From the NCBI GenBank assembly GCA_951406725.2, contig OX597819.1, positions 133,610,001 to 133,674,000 of the forward strand: DNA of 64,000 bases. Direction: 5' to 3'. Of the stretch, positions 27,466-39,337 are shown piece by piece (the stretch's first letter is position 1; every line of letters starts with the position of its first letter). A program made the position numbers and the translations under genes. Under the pieces are notes generated by a model. It saw nothing but the letters and a program-made list of their open reading frames with translations, searched no databases and was not told the origin of the DNA. Origin of the DNA: Octopus vulgaris. Its lineage: Eukaryota.

Positions 27466-27540
27466 GGGTATATGGCGTAGTGGTTAAGAGCTCGGGCTAC
27501 TAATCCCAAGTTTCCGAGGTCTACTCCAAGCAATGGCCTG
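27466..27540 (+). promoter_or_regulatory. tRNA-like Pol III cassette inside PLE 3' repeat
   Basis: A box TGGCGTAGTGG 27473-27483, degenerate B box gaggtctactcc at tRNA-like spacing. Confidence 0.6.
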
Positions 27541-27609
27541 AACAACAACAATAATAATAACATCGAAAACTATCTTAGGAATGAGGACCCAGGTTCGAAA
27601 TTTCCCCAA

Positions 27610-27655
27610 GACCCCTGAAGAAGGCTGGAGGGTATATCAGCCGAAACGTTGTGTG
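27610..27655 (+). ncRNA. Minimal type I hammerhead ribozyme motif
   Basis: CUGAAGA 27615-27621, extra A, stem II ggcug/cagcc, GAAA, palindromic ACGU, UU; stem I imperfect in this copy. Confidence 0.7.
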
Positions 27656-29231
27656 AACAACAAACAAGATGAGGACAAATATCCATCGAATGTAAATAAC
27701 GAATATATTATTTTTAACAGTTTAAAACATCATTTGCAACAGTTAACTTACATCTTTCCGAAAAAAGTGTATGTTAAATTTCTTTAACAGTCCAAGATAG
27801 CCTACCTGTTTTGGTATTATGCTGGTGTCAATTTTCTTGACCCCAGTACTCAAAATTCTCCTCATAATCCTTCACTCTCAAAAGACACTCTGGGTCTGCC
27901 ACCGCACAATGAATGTGCCCAGGCAATCCCCCAACTTCTGTTGTATTCACTTTTATCGCTTTGTCTCCCGAGTCTATCTCATTATAAAGTTTTTCATTTT
28001 GTCCGTTGTACAATATAACATATTTTTCCTCACAGGGCAGGGGTGAGGCTCCTGTGTGCTTGTGCTTGTCTTTGTGGGACATGGAGTGGGTTGGTGTCTG
28101 TAGGGGGAGGTTAGGGTAGGGTAGGTGTGGTTGCGATTCGTGTGAATGTGGGTGGTGGGGTCATCATTTTCAAAGTGTGCTTTTTCCTTCTCTTTCTTCT
28201 TTTTTTACCATCCGCTTCCTATCCTTTATTTTCCTCGTTCACCTCCTCTTCCTCGGTGCTGGTACCGGTTTTCGTCGGCAGTGAAGTCGCGATTTCCTTC
28301 CAGCTCTCGGGTTTCTCTTTAGTCTTCACGAGTGGCGGAGGACAGTCTGCTCTAATGTAGCCTTTAGGGTCACATTTGTAGCATCGCAGGATCCTGCCTG
28401 CCACTCTGATCCTGAGTGTCACTTCTTCGGCCGTGATTGTCTTGACCATGTCCTCAAGGTCTCCGGGGCCGCCTAGACTATCATATCTTGGATCTGCCTT
28501 TACCAGATCTTATAGGGCGTTCTGGTGGCCTGGAGGATCACTACCTTCTCTTCCGTGCCCAGTAGTATGACAGCTGTTGGCCAGGCTATATCAATTTCTG
28601 GCAGTATATCTTCTACCCTAAACGTGGAAGCACGTCTCCGAAGGTATATAGGTAGTAGCATCACTTCATCTGTTTTTAAGTTGCCGAGTGAAGCCTAGCA
28701 AGAGCTAACTCCCGGAACTGCACCTCCAGCGTTCCAAACTTTCTTCCTCTGGCAAGGTAAGGAATCCCTTGCCAGATTGGTTTTAATGCCTTTTCGACTT
28801 GTGGGGTCGACATGACTTCAATTGTCCTGTGTATAATGTTATTTTTTTCTTTTTTCGCTTTTAAAAATTCTTTGGGCGACACACTTTTACGTCGTTCCCC
28901 TCCTTTTTTAAGTATTTCTTTGAATCTACTCAACTCCTTCAGACACAAGCCTTCATTTTTATCTTTCACCGCTTTTGCATAATTCTTCACTGCCATTGTT
29001 TCGGCCATTCTCTTCAGACTCTTAACCAGCTCCTCCTCCTCAGACAACGTAAAGTCTGAAGAGGAGGAACTCAAACCTTCGTATTCCATTACGAAGGGAC
29101 AAACCTACAACGTTCCCCCTTCAAACAAGGCGGGGACGTCGACAATACCACCACAAGACGGCAGAAAACACGTGGTCCACACAAAAATAGCAGATCAACA
29201 GCAATCAAAAAGAGGAAGACTACTGATACTG

Positions 29232-30597
29232 AATTTCCTTATCGGCCACACAGGGCCTAACATAGAGGGGAAAAAAACAAGGACGGGGAAAACCCCACAA
29301 AAGTTGGGAAAAAGAAAATGGAATGAAAAGAATGGAAATGATAAAAGAAACGGTGGAAAGACGTCAACTCGAAACCCTACACACCAGATAAGGTCATTGA
29401 ACGTTTTTAGAAAGAGATTTTAAACAGTTATTTTATTTTTGTCTCCTTATTTTTGTTGTGTGTTACTTGTGTTGTATTGTTGTATATTCACTTTTTTGTG
29501 ACATCTTTTCCTTTTTGCTGTCTGCGTTTGTAATGTCTTTTGTCTGTGTTCGTATCTGTTCTTCTGCATCCATTTTTAAGCTTTTTGTGTTTGTCGGACG
29601 AAGAGAACGAAAACGTTTTGTTTTCCTCTTCCTCTCTGCAACTGACCATTCCTCCTCACTTACCTCAGTACATGTGAACGGTCAACCTCCCCCCGACGCG
29701 CAATTCTCCTTCTCCACTATCCTCTCCGCCTCTTACTGCTTCTCTTCCTACTCACCTACGGCGTCCTCGTTCGGCTTCTCTTGCTGTACCTTTAGTTCAT
29801 CCTGTTTTTTTTTCTTTGTGTTTCAGGCTGAATGGTGTGGGGGCACGTTTTCCTCCTGTGCCATTTCAGTCCGCACTCGAAACATCTTAAGATGCTGCCC
29901 TGGACCGAGACTCTAAGGTTTGTCTCATCCTGTAGAATTATAAATTCTGGAATTTCCTCCACTTCTGGAATGTCTTGAATTGTCTCCCGAAGACTCCCAC
30001 CACACCAGTTCTGCATTTATTTCTCCTCGGACTCCACTAGTGTCACCTTCTCCTTGGTATTGGATCAAGTGTGTGCCAAAAGCCAGGCCGATCTAATTTC
30101 AGGTGGGTAAACTTATATTGCGATTTTTGCGGTTCTTTTGCCAAGGTATGAAAGTAAAAGGCAGCTCGTTCGTCTGCTGGGTGATTGCGGAATCATCTCT
30201 GGTGTCATATTTTACCTCCACGGTACCGAATTTCTTTCCTCTTTTCATGAATACCACCTTGTACAATATAGTTTTAGGGCTTTTTTCAATTTCTTCAGTA
30301 GACGCTATCTTTATTTTCTATATTTTAAGAGATAGTGTTCCATAAATTATTGTTCTTTTTCTTGTTACTTCTGTGGTTTCTAGGGGGTGGGGATAGCTAA
30401 TCTCACGTTTGCTCTCTCTCTCTCTCTCCCCACAGAATTGATTGAAATTTTCCCACGGCCTCTCGCCTGATGTTGTATCTTCTTTGCTTTTCACCAACCG
30501 CTGCAGTATAATTTTCCACACTTTCTAGCGATTCGCTTTCATATTCCGAGTCAACGCTCTCCAGGAGCCCCAACACTCCGTACAAATCACTAGTCAT
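29232..30597 (-). mobile_element. E1: ORF1-only (gag-like CCHC) L1/Tx1-like retroposon
   Basis: MTSDLYGVL... start, RGKKFGTVEVKY, RCFECGLKWHRRKTCP; short 3' UTR ending ctatgttaggccctgtgtggccgataaggaaatt. Confidence 0.75.
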
Positions 30598-31665
30598 TGG
30601 CGGGGGCCTAGTTCTGGGTGAATTGTAAACATAATACTGATATCATTTGGATAATATTGGTGGAATATTTTCCACATGGTACAAATAATGTATCTATCAC
30701 GGCGGCCTAGCAGAGAATAGAGCTTCAGCTGTTTAAGTCGAGCCCAATAATCAAGTCCCATCATTCCATTTATTTTTTTTTTTTTGTGATTGATCTTTGT
30801 GGTGCTTCTATCTTCATTATGTCTTGTTTTTTTTATAGGGATACCACAATGGGCAACAGTATTCGAGGTGGGGCCTAGCGAATGTGGTGAAGAGAAGGGT
30901 AATGATTTCATGATCCCTAGATTGGAAAGTTCTGAGGATCCATGAACACATTCTGCGGGCAACACTGACTTTTTTGTTGATGTGCACACTCCAGCTAAGG
31001 TTGATGTCGACAATTACACCTAAGTCTCTAATGTTATCTGACGGTTCAAGAAGGTCTCCCGACAATAGTATATATGGTTGTTCGAGTGTGCCCTCTCTTC
31101 CAAAATGGATGAGCTCAAATTTTCCTTCGTTCAACTGCATATTATTTTTTGTGCCCACTAGGTTACTGTGCATAGGTCCGATTGAAGCATTGTTAGATCA
31201 TATGCTCCCTTAATGACTTTCTGGAGCTTAGAGTCATCTGCAAATATTTTAATGGTGCTATGTTCAATAGAATCTGCAATGTCATTGATATAGACAATAA
31301 AAAGAAGTTCACCCAGTACAGTACCCTGCGGAACTCCGCTGATGACTTTTGCTGGTTTTGAGGGGATACCATCAACCACAACATGCTGGGTTCTGTTTGT
31401 TAGGAAATACCCAAATCATTGAAGTAGCTTTCCACCGACTCCAGCGTTGGATAGTTTCCTTAACAGTATATTGTGGTCGACTCTGTCAAAGGCCTTGCTG
31501 AAACCAAGGTATATGACATCCGGGTCGGAGTTCTCACTTAGTTCATTTAAGATGTCATCAAAGTGGTGGAGGAGCTGTGTTAGACAGTCGCTCTCGCCAC
31601 GAAAGCCATACTGGTTGCAAGTTAGAAGATGATTTTGCTCTCGTTGTTTTATTTTTGGCACCAAT
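30598..31665 (-). mobile_element. CR1-like LINE reverse transcriptase fragment
   Basis: NQYGFR, FSKAFDRVDH, GVPQGTVLG, IFADDSKL, RPHLEYCCPLW; frameshifted. Confidence 0.92.
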
Positions 31666-34068
31666 CGGTTTAACGAGGCAAAATTTCAGTTGAAACGAGG
31701 ACATTGTCAGACAAACTCATTATAGCTAAGTTAAATTTGATTGGGTTCGATTATCTGTCCAACAAACTGTAATGAATTAGCACATATTACTCAACAAACA
31801 TTTTACATGTAGTTGGGATTACAGTTAATTAGGAGACATTACATGACCAACACATTAAACTAATCACATTAAACTTGATTAAAACAGTTTCATTAACGAA
31901 CCCATTGCAGTTGATTAGAGTTGATCCCCTGACCAACGCGCTACACTAAATTAGAAGAGATTGTTAGATCGATGCATTGAGGGAGTCACTCTACACTTGG
32001 TTAAGAGATGTTCATTGGTCAACATAGTACTGGTGATTGGGATTAAATTGCTTGACCAACACACAGTAGTTGGTTGGGTGAAATACTTACACAAACACAG
32101 TAGAGCGTCTTATTCAAATATCCGTAGTTTGTGATACACCATTTTCTCTTTGACATCCCAAGATATTAAACACCTAATTATTAAACACCTAAAATCCCAA
32201 TTAGCGAAAACATTCTATAATTCCTTTCCCCTTTCACAAAAATTATTATCACTACTCTATTGCACAATGACTCATCTGTAACGAAGATTAACTTATCTAA
32301 TGAAACGAAATCAATACTGTAACTGCTACCTATGGAAGGGATCAAACGTATGTTTTACATCTATACAGGGAAATTATGGAAAAGCATTTTATATTTAAAT
32401 AATCATTATTGGGTACTCCAACAAATAGAAGTACAGCAAAAGAGTACCGAATATGTTACCTGCCTCTTCTTTCATGTTTAGCAAAACACTTGCAGGTAAA
32501 TGATCCACATTTCTTATGATTGGTCAACTATTGGCTAACATCGTTACTGCCAAAGTTCAACACACACTGGGTTCATGTTACCAATGAAATATATGCAACT
32601 TACTTCCCATTTTGTTTTTTTCGAAAAAGTTATCATAGATCTGCAACTGTTGGTAGATTGTAAGCGTGTGGGAGTTATCTGGCTTCAGTTTCAGCGAAAC
32701 TTACTGTTGATTGTTTTACATCTTTATGATACGGTTCATTGTTTTCCTGTAAGATATTTACATCAGAGCCAGATTATACTGAAAAAGAGATATTGAAAGA
32801 AATTTCTTCAAATTATATGATCAGTTGGGAATCAATGTTTTAGAAGTAACTTTTCTCGCACATTTCTTTTTTTATATTTGTAACAATAAAATGTTAGAAA
32901 CTTGCAATATTATGTTACGATAGAGGAAACAAATTGTTTCTTACTTTTTATGATATTATTAAGCTCTCGCCGAAAGCAACATCGAAGGAAATAATTATAT
33001 TAACATAGAAATCATCGAGATGTATACAAACTGCAGACGAGCTGGGTTATCGCCTGGCGGGTTAAAAATAACGATCGATATAAAATCACAGAATATTCGG
33101 TCCATTGTATTTTTTCTTAACATAATCGAAGAGTGGGTATTCGAAAGAAACAAGTTAAATAAGTTCGGATTTCATAGAGACGCTGTTATTTCGCCATCGC
33201 CAATTTAGCTGAAGACTTGTGATTTAATATTACAATATACAGCAGTGTTAATTCTCTGCTTAAAACCTCACTTTTATTTTATAGTTTATATTCGTCTTTA
33301 TGGAAGAGCGATGTGTGCGAAAAAAAAAAAACTAGGCTGGAACTTCGGTCTTATAGGTACAGCGACAGAAAACCTTTTTATATTCTATGCGGCCGTTGGT
33401 ACGGCACTAGTAGAGTCAAGCTGTTGGGAATGGTATTTTCAGGTAGCTAATGTTTTAGTGTGTACTTCTGCAACCTCATCGATTAAACTGGTGAACAATG
33501 TTCTTTCAAAGTGTAAAATGTGGCCGCTTTCAAGCCAACCGATCTACTTTCACTATATACTCTTCCTATATCGAGGAATGCTAATGACACTTCAAATACT
33601 GAGTGTGACCATGCAGGTATACCTGGGTTTCAGTTGACCATTGCCACACTTGTGCTCGTGATATCAGGGATCTACACTTGCAAAGTTCGTCTCAAAGATA
33701 CTGCCCTGCACAGATATTTTCCTTCAAAACAGGCCATCAGCTGCTTATACAAGCAAGTTCTTTCCTCATTATGCCACTCAAATTGTCTTAATGAAAGGCA
33801 AGGCCAAATACTGTTTCGGACAACTGACATCAAAATGCGGGGATTAGTACGGTAACACATTTCATCCAAGAGTGTATCAATTCTGTCAGTCTGTCAGTCT
33901 GGCTTGGTATTTTATTTATTGACCTACAGAGATTAAAAGGTAGCACATACATACGTACATGCATATATGCATACGTACGTACATACATACACACATACAT
34001 ACATACATACATACATACATACATACATACATACATACATACATACATACATACATACATACACACTG

Positions 34069-34268
34069 GTAGAATATCCCAGTGAAGGCCTCAATAAAAT
34101 GTAAACACAACACACCTGATATAATGATTTGGGATACAGAAGAGAAACTGTGGATATTTGTGGGAATCAGCTGCCCAGTGGATGTTAACATAAAGCTGAA
34201 GATCAGTGAAGAAGGGAATACCTACGCTGAACTATTGAGAAATATGCAGTTACTTTATCCAGATTACA
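34069..34268 (+). mobile_element. RLE endonuclease fragment of a non-LTR element
   Basis: HNTPDIMIWDTEEKLWIFVGISCPVDVNI...YAELLRNMQLLYPDY (PD-(D/E)xK-like). Confidence 0.75.
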
Positions 34269-34579
34269 TATATATTTTTTGTATGTGTGTGTATAACAGA
34301 GAGAGTGACGTCTAAGTGGCACTCACTCTCTCACTCTCTCTCACTCTCTCTCTCTCTCTCTCTCTCTCTCACGCGCACACACGCGCACACATACATACAA
34401 AAATGATGTATGCCTATTTATTTATGGATGTACGTATACATGATAACATACCCCTTCGCTCGCGCTCTCTCTTTCTTTCTCTCTCTCTCTCTCTTCATTT
34501 CTCTCTCTCTCTCTCTCTCACACATACACACGTCCATTTCCCCTGATGTTTGATACTGTATGTATATATATCTGTGTGT

Positions 34580-35305
34580 GTGTGTGGTAAGTGAAAGACA
34601 CAAGATGGAATACATGAGGTTATTTTTATTATTAATCACGACAATTGTTTCGGCACATCTCGCATCGATCCCTCACGGATGTGTCTCATCGGGCGATAAA
34701 TAAACACAACTCGTTAAACTATCAGTTACACAATGTATCTTTTCATTTCGTAGAAAAAAAAGCAGCAAAACAACGGGAATAACTTCATTTACATAAATCA
34801 AAAATAAATCACGGATGCAAAAAAGAAACGAACACGCAAGACAGTGAGAAAAGTATTAAAAATAACCGTTAACTGTTATGGATGTATAAAGGCCTTCACC
34901 CAAGCTGCGTGAGGCGTGTACACTCGCTCATACAAGAATCCGTGAAAAAACGTGTGGTGTGGTTCACTCATGATCACGAAGCGTACTTGGCGTTTATAAG
35001 AATAGGGAGCTTAAAGCTAAACTTCATTCATACTTCAACGTAAATTATGTTGACAGATACTCAAATTCATTCCCACTGCATTGTGCGGAAGTATATTTAT
35101 ATGCGTGTAGGCATCTTGAAAGTCTTTCAGAAATTCTATTAATCATCTTCTCATTAGTCCACAGAATAGACAGATTCCTCGAAGCAGAATCTGCATCTCC
35201 TGGAAATGTTATTGTATGGCTTTGCATGCCTCACTATGGACCAAGTTATGTTGTAGTTAATTTTACCTTCTTTCAGTCGCCATATAAAATCAGCCGACAG
35301 TGTCA
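34580..35305 (-). mobile_element. PLE 3' fragment (GIY-YIG C-terminus plus pLTR)
   Basis: Minus strand ADFIWRLKEGKINYNITWSIVRHAKPYNNISRRCRFCFEE..ILWTNEKMINRISE, homologous to 38700-38940. Confidence 0.8.
34635..34697 (-). ncRNA. Hammerhead ribozyme motif with one core mutation
   Basis: Minus strand aucgc-CCGAUGA-gacacauc...gaugugcc-GAAA-CAAUUG-UC-gugau; stem I aucgc/gugau. Confidence 0.7.
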
Positions 35306-35560
35306 AGATAATTTACACTATGATAATCCGTTCCCATAGTAATGTTTAGTCCTAATTAAAATAGAAAAATCCAAAGAAATTTCTCCTATGCCTTTCTATT
35401 TGTACTTTACTACTTCTGTTCATAAAAAAATGTGTCATCTCTATATAGACCCCCTGTTACTTTTGGAAAGGAAGACTGGATTAAATGTATATACATGCTC
35501 ATATACCGATAATGCATATAAGCAGATACACCTATAAGCGTAAATAGATGCAGTACATGC

Positions 35561-35628
<68 letters not shown>

Positions 35629-36510
35629 CACACATATATATATAAATACACATATATGCATATATATGTAATTTATATATATATGTATATGCATATACAT
35701 TATATACATATCTATAAATATAGTTATATACGTATACGATTATATACGTGGGTGCATTAAATATGTATACATACACGAACACGCATACACACTTATATTG
35801 ATTTCTGATATAAATATCAGACGTTATAAACAGCTATATAATATTGAACAGCATCTGAAGATATACTTGTTAAGTGTAGAACCTGTCTTTTATCATAAAT
35901 GTATTTTCTTTCGGGCTACAGAAAGTCGTTTATAGTTTCTCTATTATAAAACTATTTGCTCAAGTCTATAATGTTATTACGATTATAAGTTTTGTGAAAG
36001 ATGAAAGATTGTTGAAAATTGTGTTAACACTATGTTTCAATGAATTTGATGTCTGATAATCTGCCTGGTCTTATTTAGGTACCAGACAGGATATCGAAGT
36101 GCAATGAATATGGAAGTTGTCAATCTGGGTTTCAGAATAAAAGTACCTAATGTTACTCTAGAAAGGCGCTATGCATGCAACTACGAATGCGACACCTGAC
36201 GGGGGCCGGAAATCAAAGCGATTAAATATAAAGTACGTATAAATGATCGTTTATTTTTATAGATATTTTTTTTTAAATGGTTCATCTCTAAAAATGACGT
36301 TAATCCTCGAAAAATCTATAACCATAAGACTAAAAACTCATTCGAGACATTTTGACATTTACGTGTGTGTGTGTGTGTGTGTGTATGTGTGCATGTGTGT
36401 GTGTGTGGGTGTGTGTGCGTGTGTGTGTGTGTGTGTGACTATATTCAGAAACAACAAAACGAACACCCACCATATCCATTTACTTATTTATTTATTCATT
36501 ATTATTATTA

Positions 36511-36565
<55 letters not shown>

Positions 36566-36630
36566 TGTTGTTGTTGTTGTAAGCTTCTTCACAGAAAAGT
36601 TTTGCAAGAGTTTTATTGAGAAATAACAAA

Positions 36631-36664
<34 letters not shown>

Positions 36665-36767
36665 ACAACACTCTGCTGTCATTTTGAAAGAGAGCAGTTG
36701 TTTCAATGTTTCTCAGTTCTCCCTCCCTCTCACACACTTCTCCTTTTCTTACTCGTTTCTCTCACAC

Positions 36768-36800
<33 letters not shown>

Positions 36801-37727
36801 ACTCTCTCTCTCTCTCTCTCTCTCTCGATTTCACTGAAATTGGAAGACAGAGAATAACGGACATATATCAGAACACAGGTAAAGAGACACAGAGTGAAAT
36901 AGGACGGAGCGCTACGGTGATGTTGTTGTTGTTGGTGGTGGTGTAGGTGGTGATTGCACCCTTTGTTGTCGTTAAACTCTCATATTTTCTGTCTCTTTCA
37001 GTTTCCCTTTGAACATTCTTTTTCTCTTTCCCCCGGTTTCATTTTGTAATATAGAGAGATCGAGAATGTAAGACATAAGAATGATTACATAAAAACGGAG
37101 GAAAACGATGGTGATGATGATGATGATGATGATTGTACAAGTGTATGACCTCAAACTTTCAGTTTCCTCCTCCTTTCATTCTCCCTTTCATATTCTCGCC
37201 TTCTCTCTCTATCCCTGTCATACTTGTACGGGGGAGAGTGGAATATACAGATATCTAGATGAGACAATAGAGTGATATTGATGATGAGGGCAGTACGTTT
37301 ACGTGACGTCAAACACACTGTTTTTCTTCCTTCGTCAGTATACGATCTTTGTATCTTTATTTCTTCATCATCCTCTTTGTCTTGTGTATAGTGAAACAGA
37401 AACGGAATATGGAAGACAGACTTCAAGACAGAAATATAGATGGGCAGAAAGAGTAGCGAATGATAGCGATGATGGTGGTGGTGGTGGTGGTGTGGAAACT
37501 GGAGAAAAGCAGACGACAGTCCCGGTCTCTTGCAGCGTTCTTTTGCGTCAGCAAACGCTCATTTATCTCTCATTTACAAAAGATCGCATAGTTTTGAAAA
37601 GGGTTCAATATTCTTTTATACGGCAGCATATGATAACATCTCATCATACGTTAATACAATATTTGTTTCCAATTTTATCTGGTGATGTGTATTTAGATAT
37701 ATTCAAAGAACCAGCTATATACGCTTT

Positions 37728-38252
37728 TACATACATACATACATACATGCCTACATACATACATACATACATACATACATACATACATACATACATACAC
37801 ACACACATACATACATACATGCATACATACATACATGCCTACATACGTACATACATACATACATACATACATACATACATGCCTACATACATACATGCCT
37901 ACATACATACATACATACATACATACATACATGCCTACATACATATATACATACATACATACATTTATACATACATACATACATACATACATAAATACAT
38001 ACATACATTCATGCCTACATACATACATGCCTACATACATACATACATACATACATACATACATACATACATACATACATACATACATACATACATACAT
38101 ACATACATACATACATACATACATACATACATACATACATACATACATACATACATACATACATACATACATACATGCCTACATACATACATACATACAT
38201 ACATACATACATACATACATACATACATACATACATACATGCATGCATACAT
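37728..38252. repeat. (CATA)n tetranucleotide array with periodic catgcctacata variants
   Basis: Direct reading. Confidence 0.95.
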
Positions 38253-38289
38253 ATATGTGTGTGTATGCACCGCATTAATAACAGAGAAA

Positions 38290-39240
38290 TGAACCAAGCG
38301 TCGAAGAGTCCACCTAGTGAGCACCTTGCCTACGACGGGGAGACTACTTCCGGCTCGACAAATAGGAAAGATACGAAATATATAGAACAAAATATCAAGA
38401 AAAGCAATACCAAGCAGAATGAGAAGTAACCGCTGCCTCCACATTCGAATAATAACAAAAATAGAGATAGAGCCAACATGGTTACGGTGTCGGAAAATAA
38501 AATCAGCAGATCTAGAAATGCAAATAAATCTAATAAATGCCCATGCAGAGAAAACACAAAATGCCCATTGATGAACCTCTGTATTGGTACCAATGTTGTA
38601 TGTGTGCACCGTATACACAAGGGGTACGTTTACATTGGTGCTACAGCTGATTCATTCAAGAACCGATATAAAAACTACGTCTCCAACAATAAAATCAACA
38701 GACACTCGACATCTTTGGCTGATTTTGAGCAACTTAAAGAGAATAATATTAAATATGATCTCACTTGGTCCATGATAAGACATGCACAACCATACAATAT
38801 CCTTTCCAGGAAATGAAGACTGTTTTCTGATGAATCGTTGTCCATTATGTGGACCAATAAGAAGTTCATTAATAGGATTTCTGAAGGTCTGTCAAGATGC
38901 TTGCATGATACTAAATGAACTTTCACGCAATATAGTGTGCATGAATTAGAGTAATCGTTCACTAAATTGGTAACCACACTTTAACTAAATCTATGGATGA
39001 ATAACCGCAATGTCCTCATTCTTACAAACACAATGCATTTTCTTCAATATATATTTTTGCTTGCAATAGCCCCTTCTTTTGGTCAAACTATCGTATCTCC
39101 GGCTGCTACAAATGCCAAGATATCAAAAGCTGTCAAAGTGTAGTACAACAGCTTTGCTATGGAATGGTGAAACTATTCTTTCGTTTTCTGAAAAAGCAAC
39201 GTTTTGGACTTACGACACTTCTGTATAAGAGCAACAATGT
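38290..39240 (+). mobile_element. PLE GIY-YIG endonuclease fragment (Neptune/Naiad-like)
   Basis: CPCRENTKCPLMNLC...VYIGATADSFKNRY...LKENNIKYDLTWSMIRHAQPY. Confidence 0.8.
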
Positions 39241-39254
39241 ATATAATATATATA

Positions 39255-39290
<36 letters not shown>

Positions 39291-39337
39291 TGTATGTATG
39301 TATGTATGTATGTATGTATGTATGTATGCATGTATAT

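Larger units (their letters stand above)
26613..27723 (+). mobile_element. 5'-truncated Penelope-like element with inverted 5' pLTR piece and TSD
   Basis: VYRKPTFTGRYFNFNSHHP (PLE RT C-terminus), DCVYSIPCSCGR (GIY-YIG); 26652-26686 is the reverse complement of 27665-27699; TSD aaaacat(t/c)atttg(t/c)aacagtt at 26592-26612 and 27724-27744. Confidence 0.9.
26426..29218 (-). mobile_element. E2: ORF1-only (gag-like CCHC) L1/Tx1-like retroposon interrupted by a PLE
   Basis: ORF pieces 29089-28676 (RGRKFGTLEVQF), 28449-28219 (RCYKCDPKGYIRADCP), 28082-27828; 3' tail tatgttagcccc...ccaataaaagaaagt ending 26426; no RT motifs seen. Confidence 0.7.

Noticed and set aside
31735-32105. CRISPR array or LRR-coding exon
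   Set aside because: Repeats too degenerate, no repeat-spacer alternation, stops in the frames tested
35856-35890. Hammerhead-like ctgaaga-stem-gaac
   Set aside because: GAAA altered and no stem I pairing; at most a remnant. Same for 39187-39225 and 40310-40400
37303-38292. 329-aa ORF
   Set aside because: Mostly (CATA)n giving YIHT repeats; no domain
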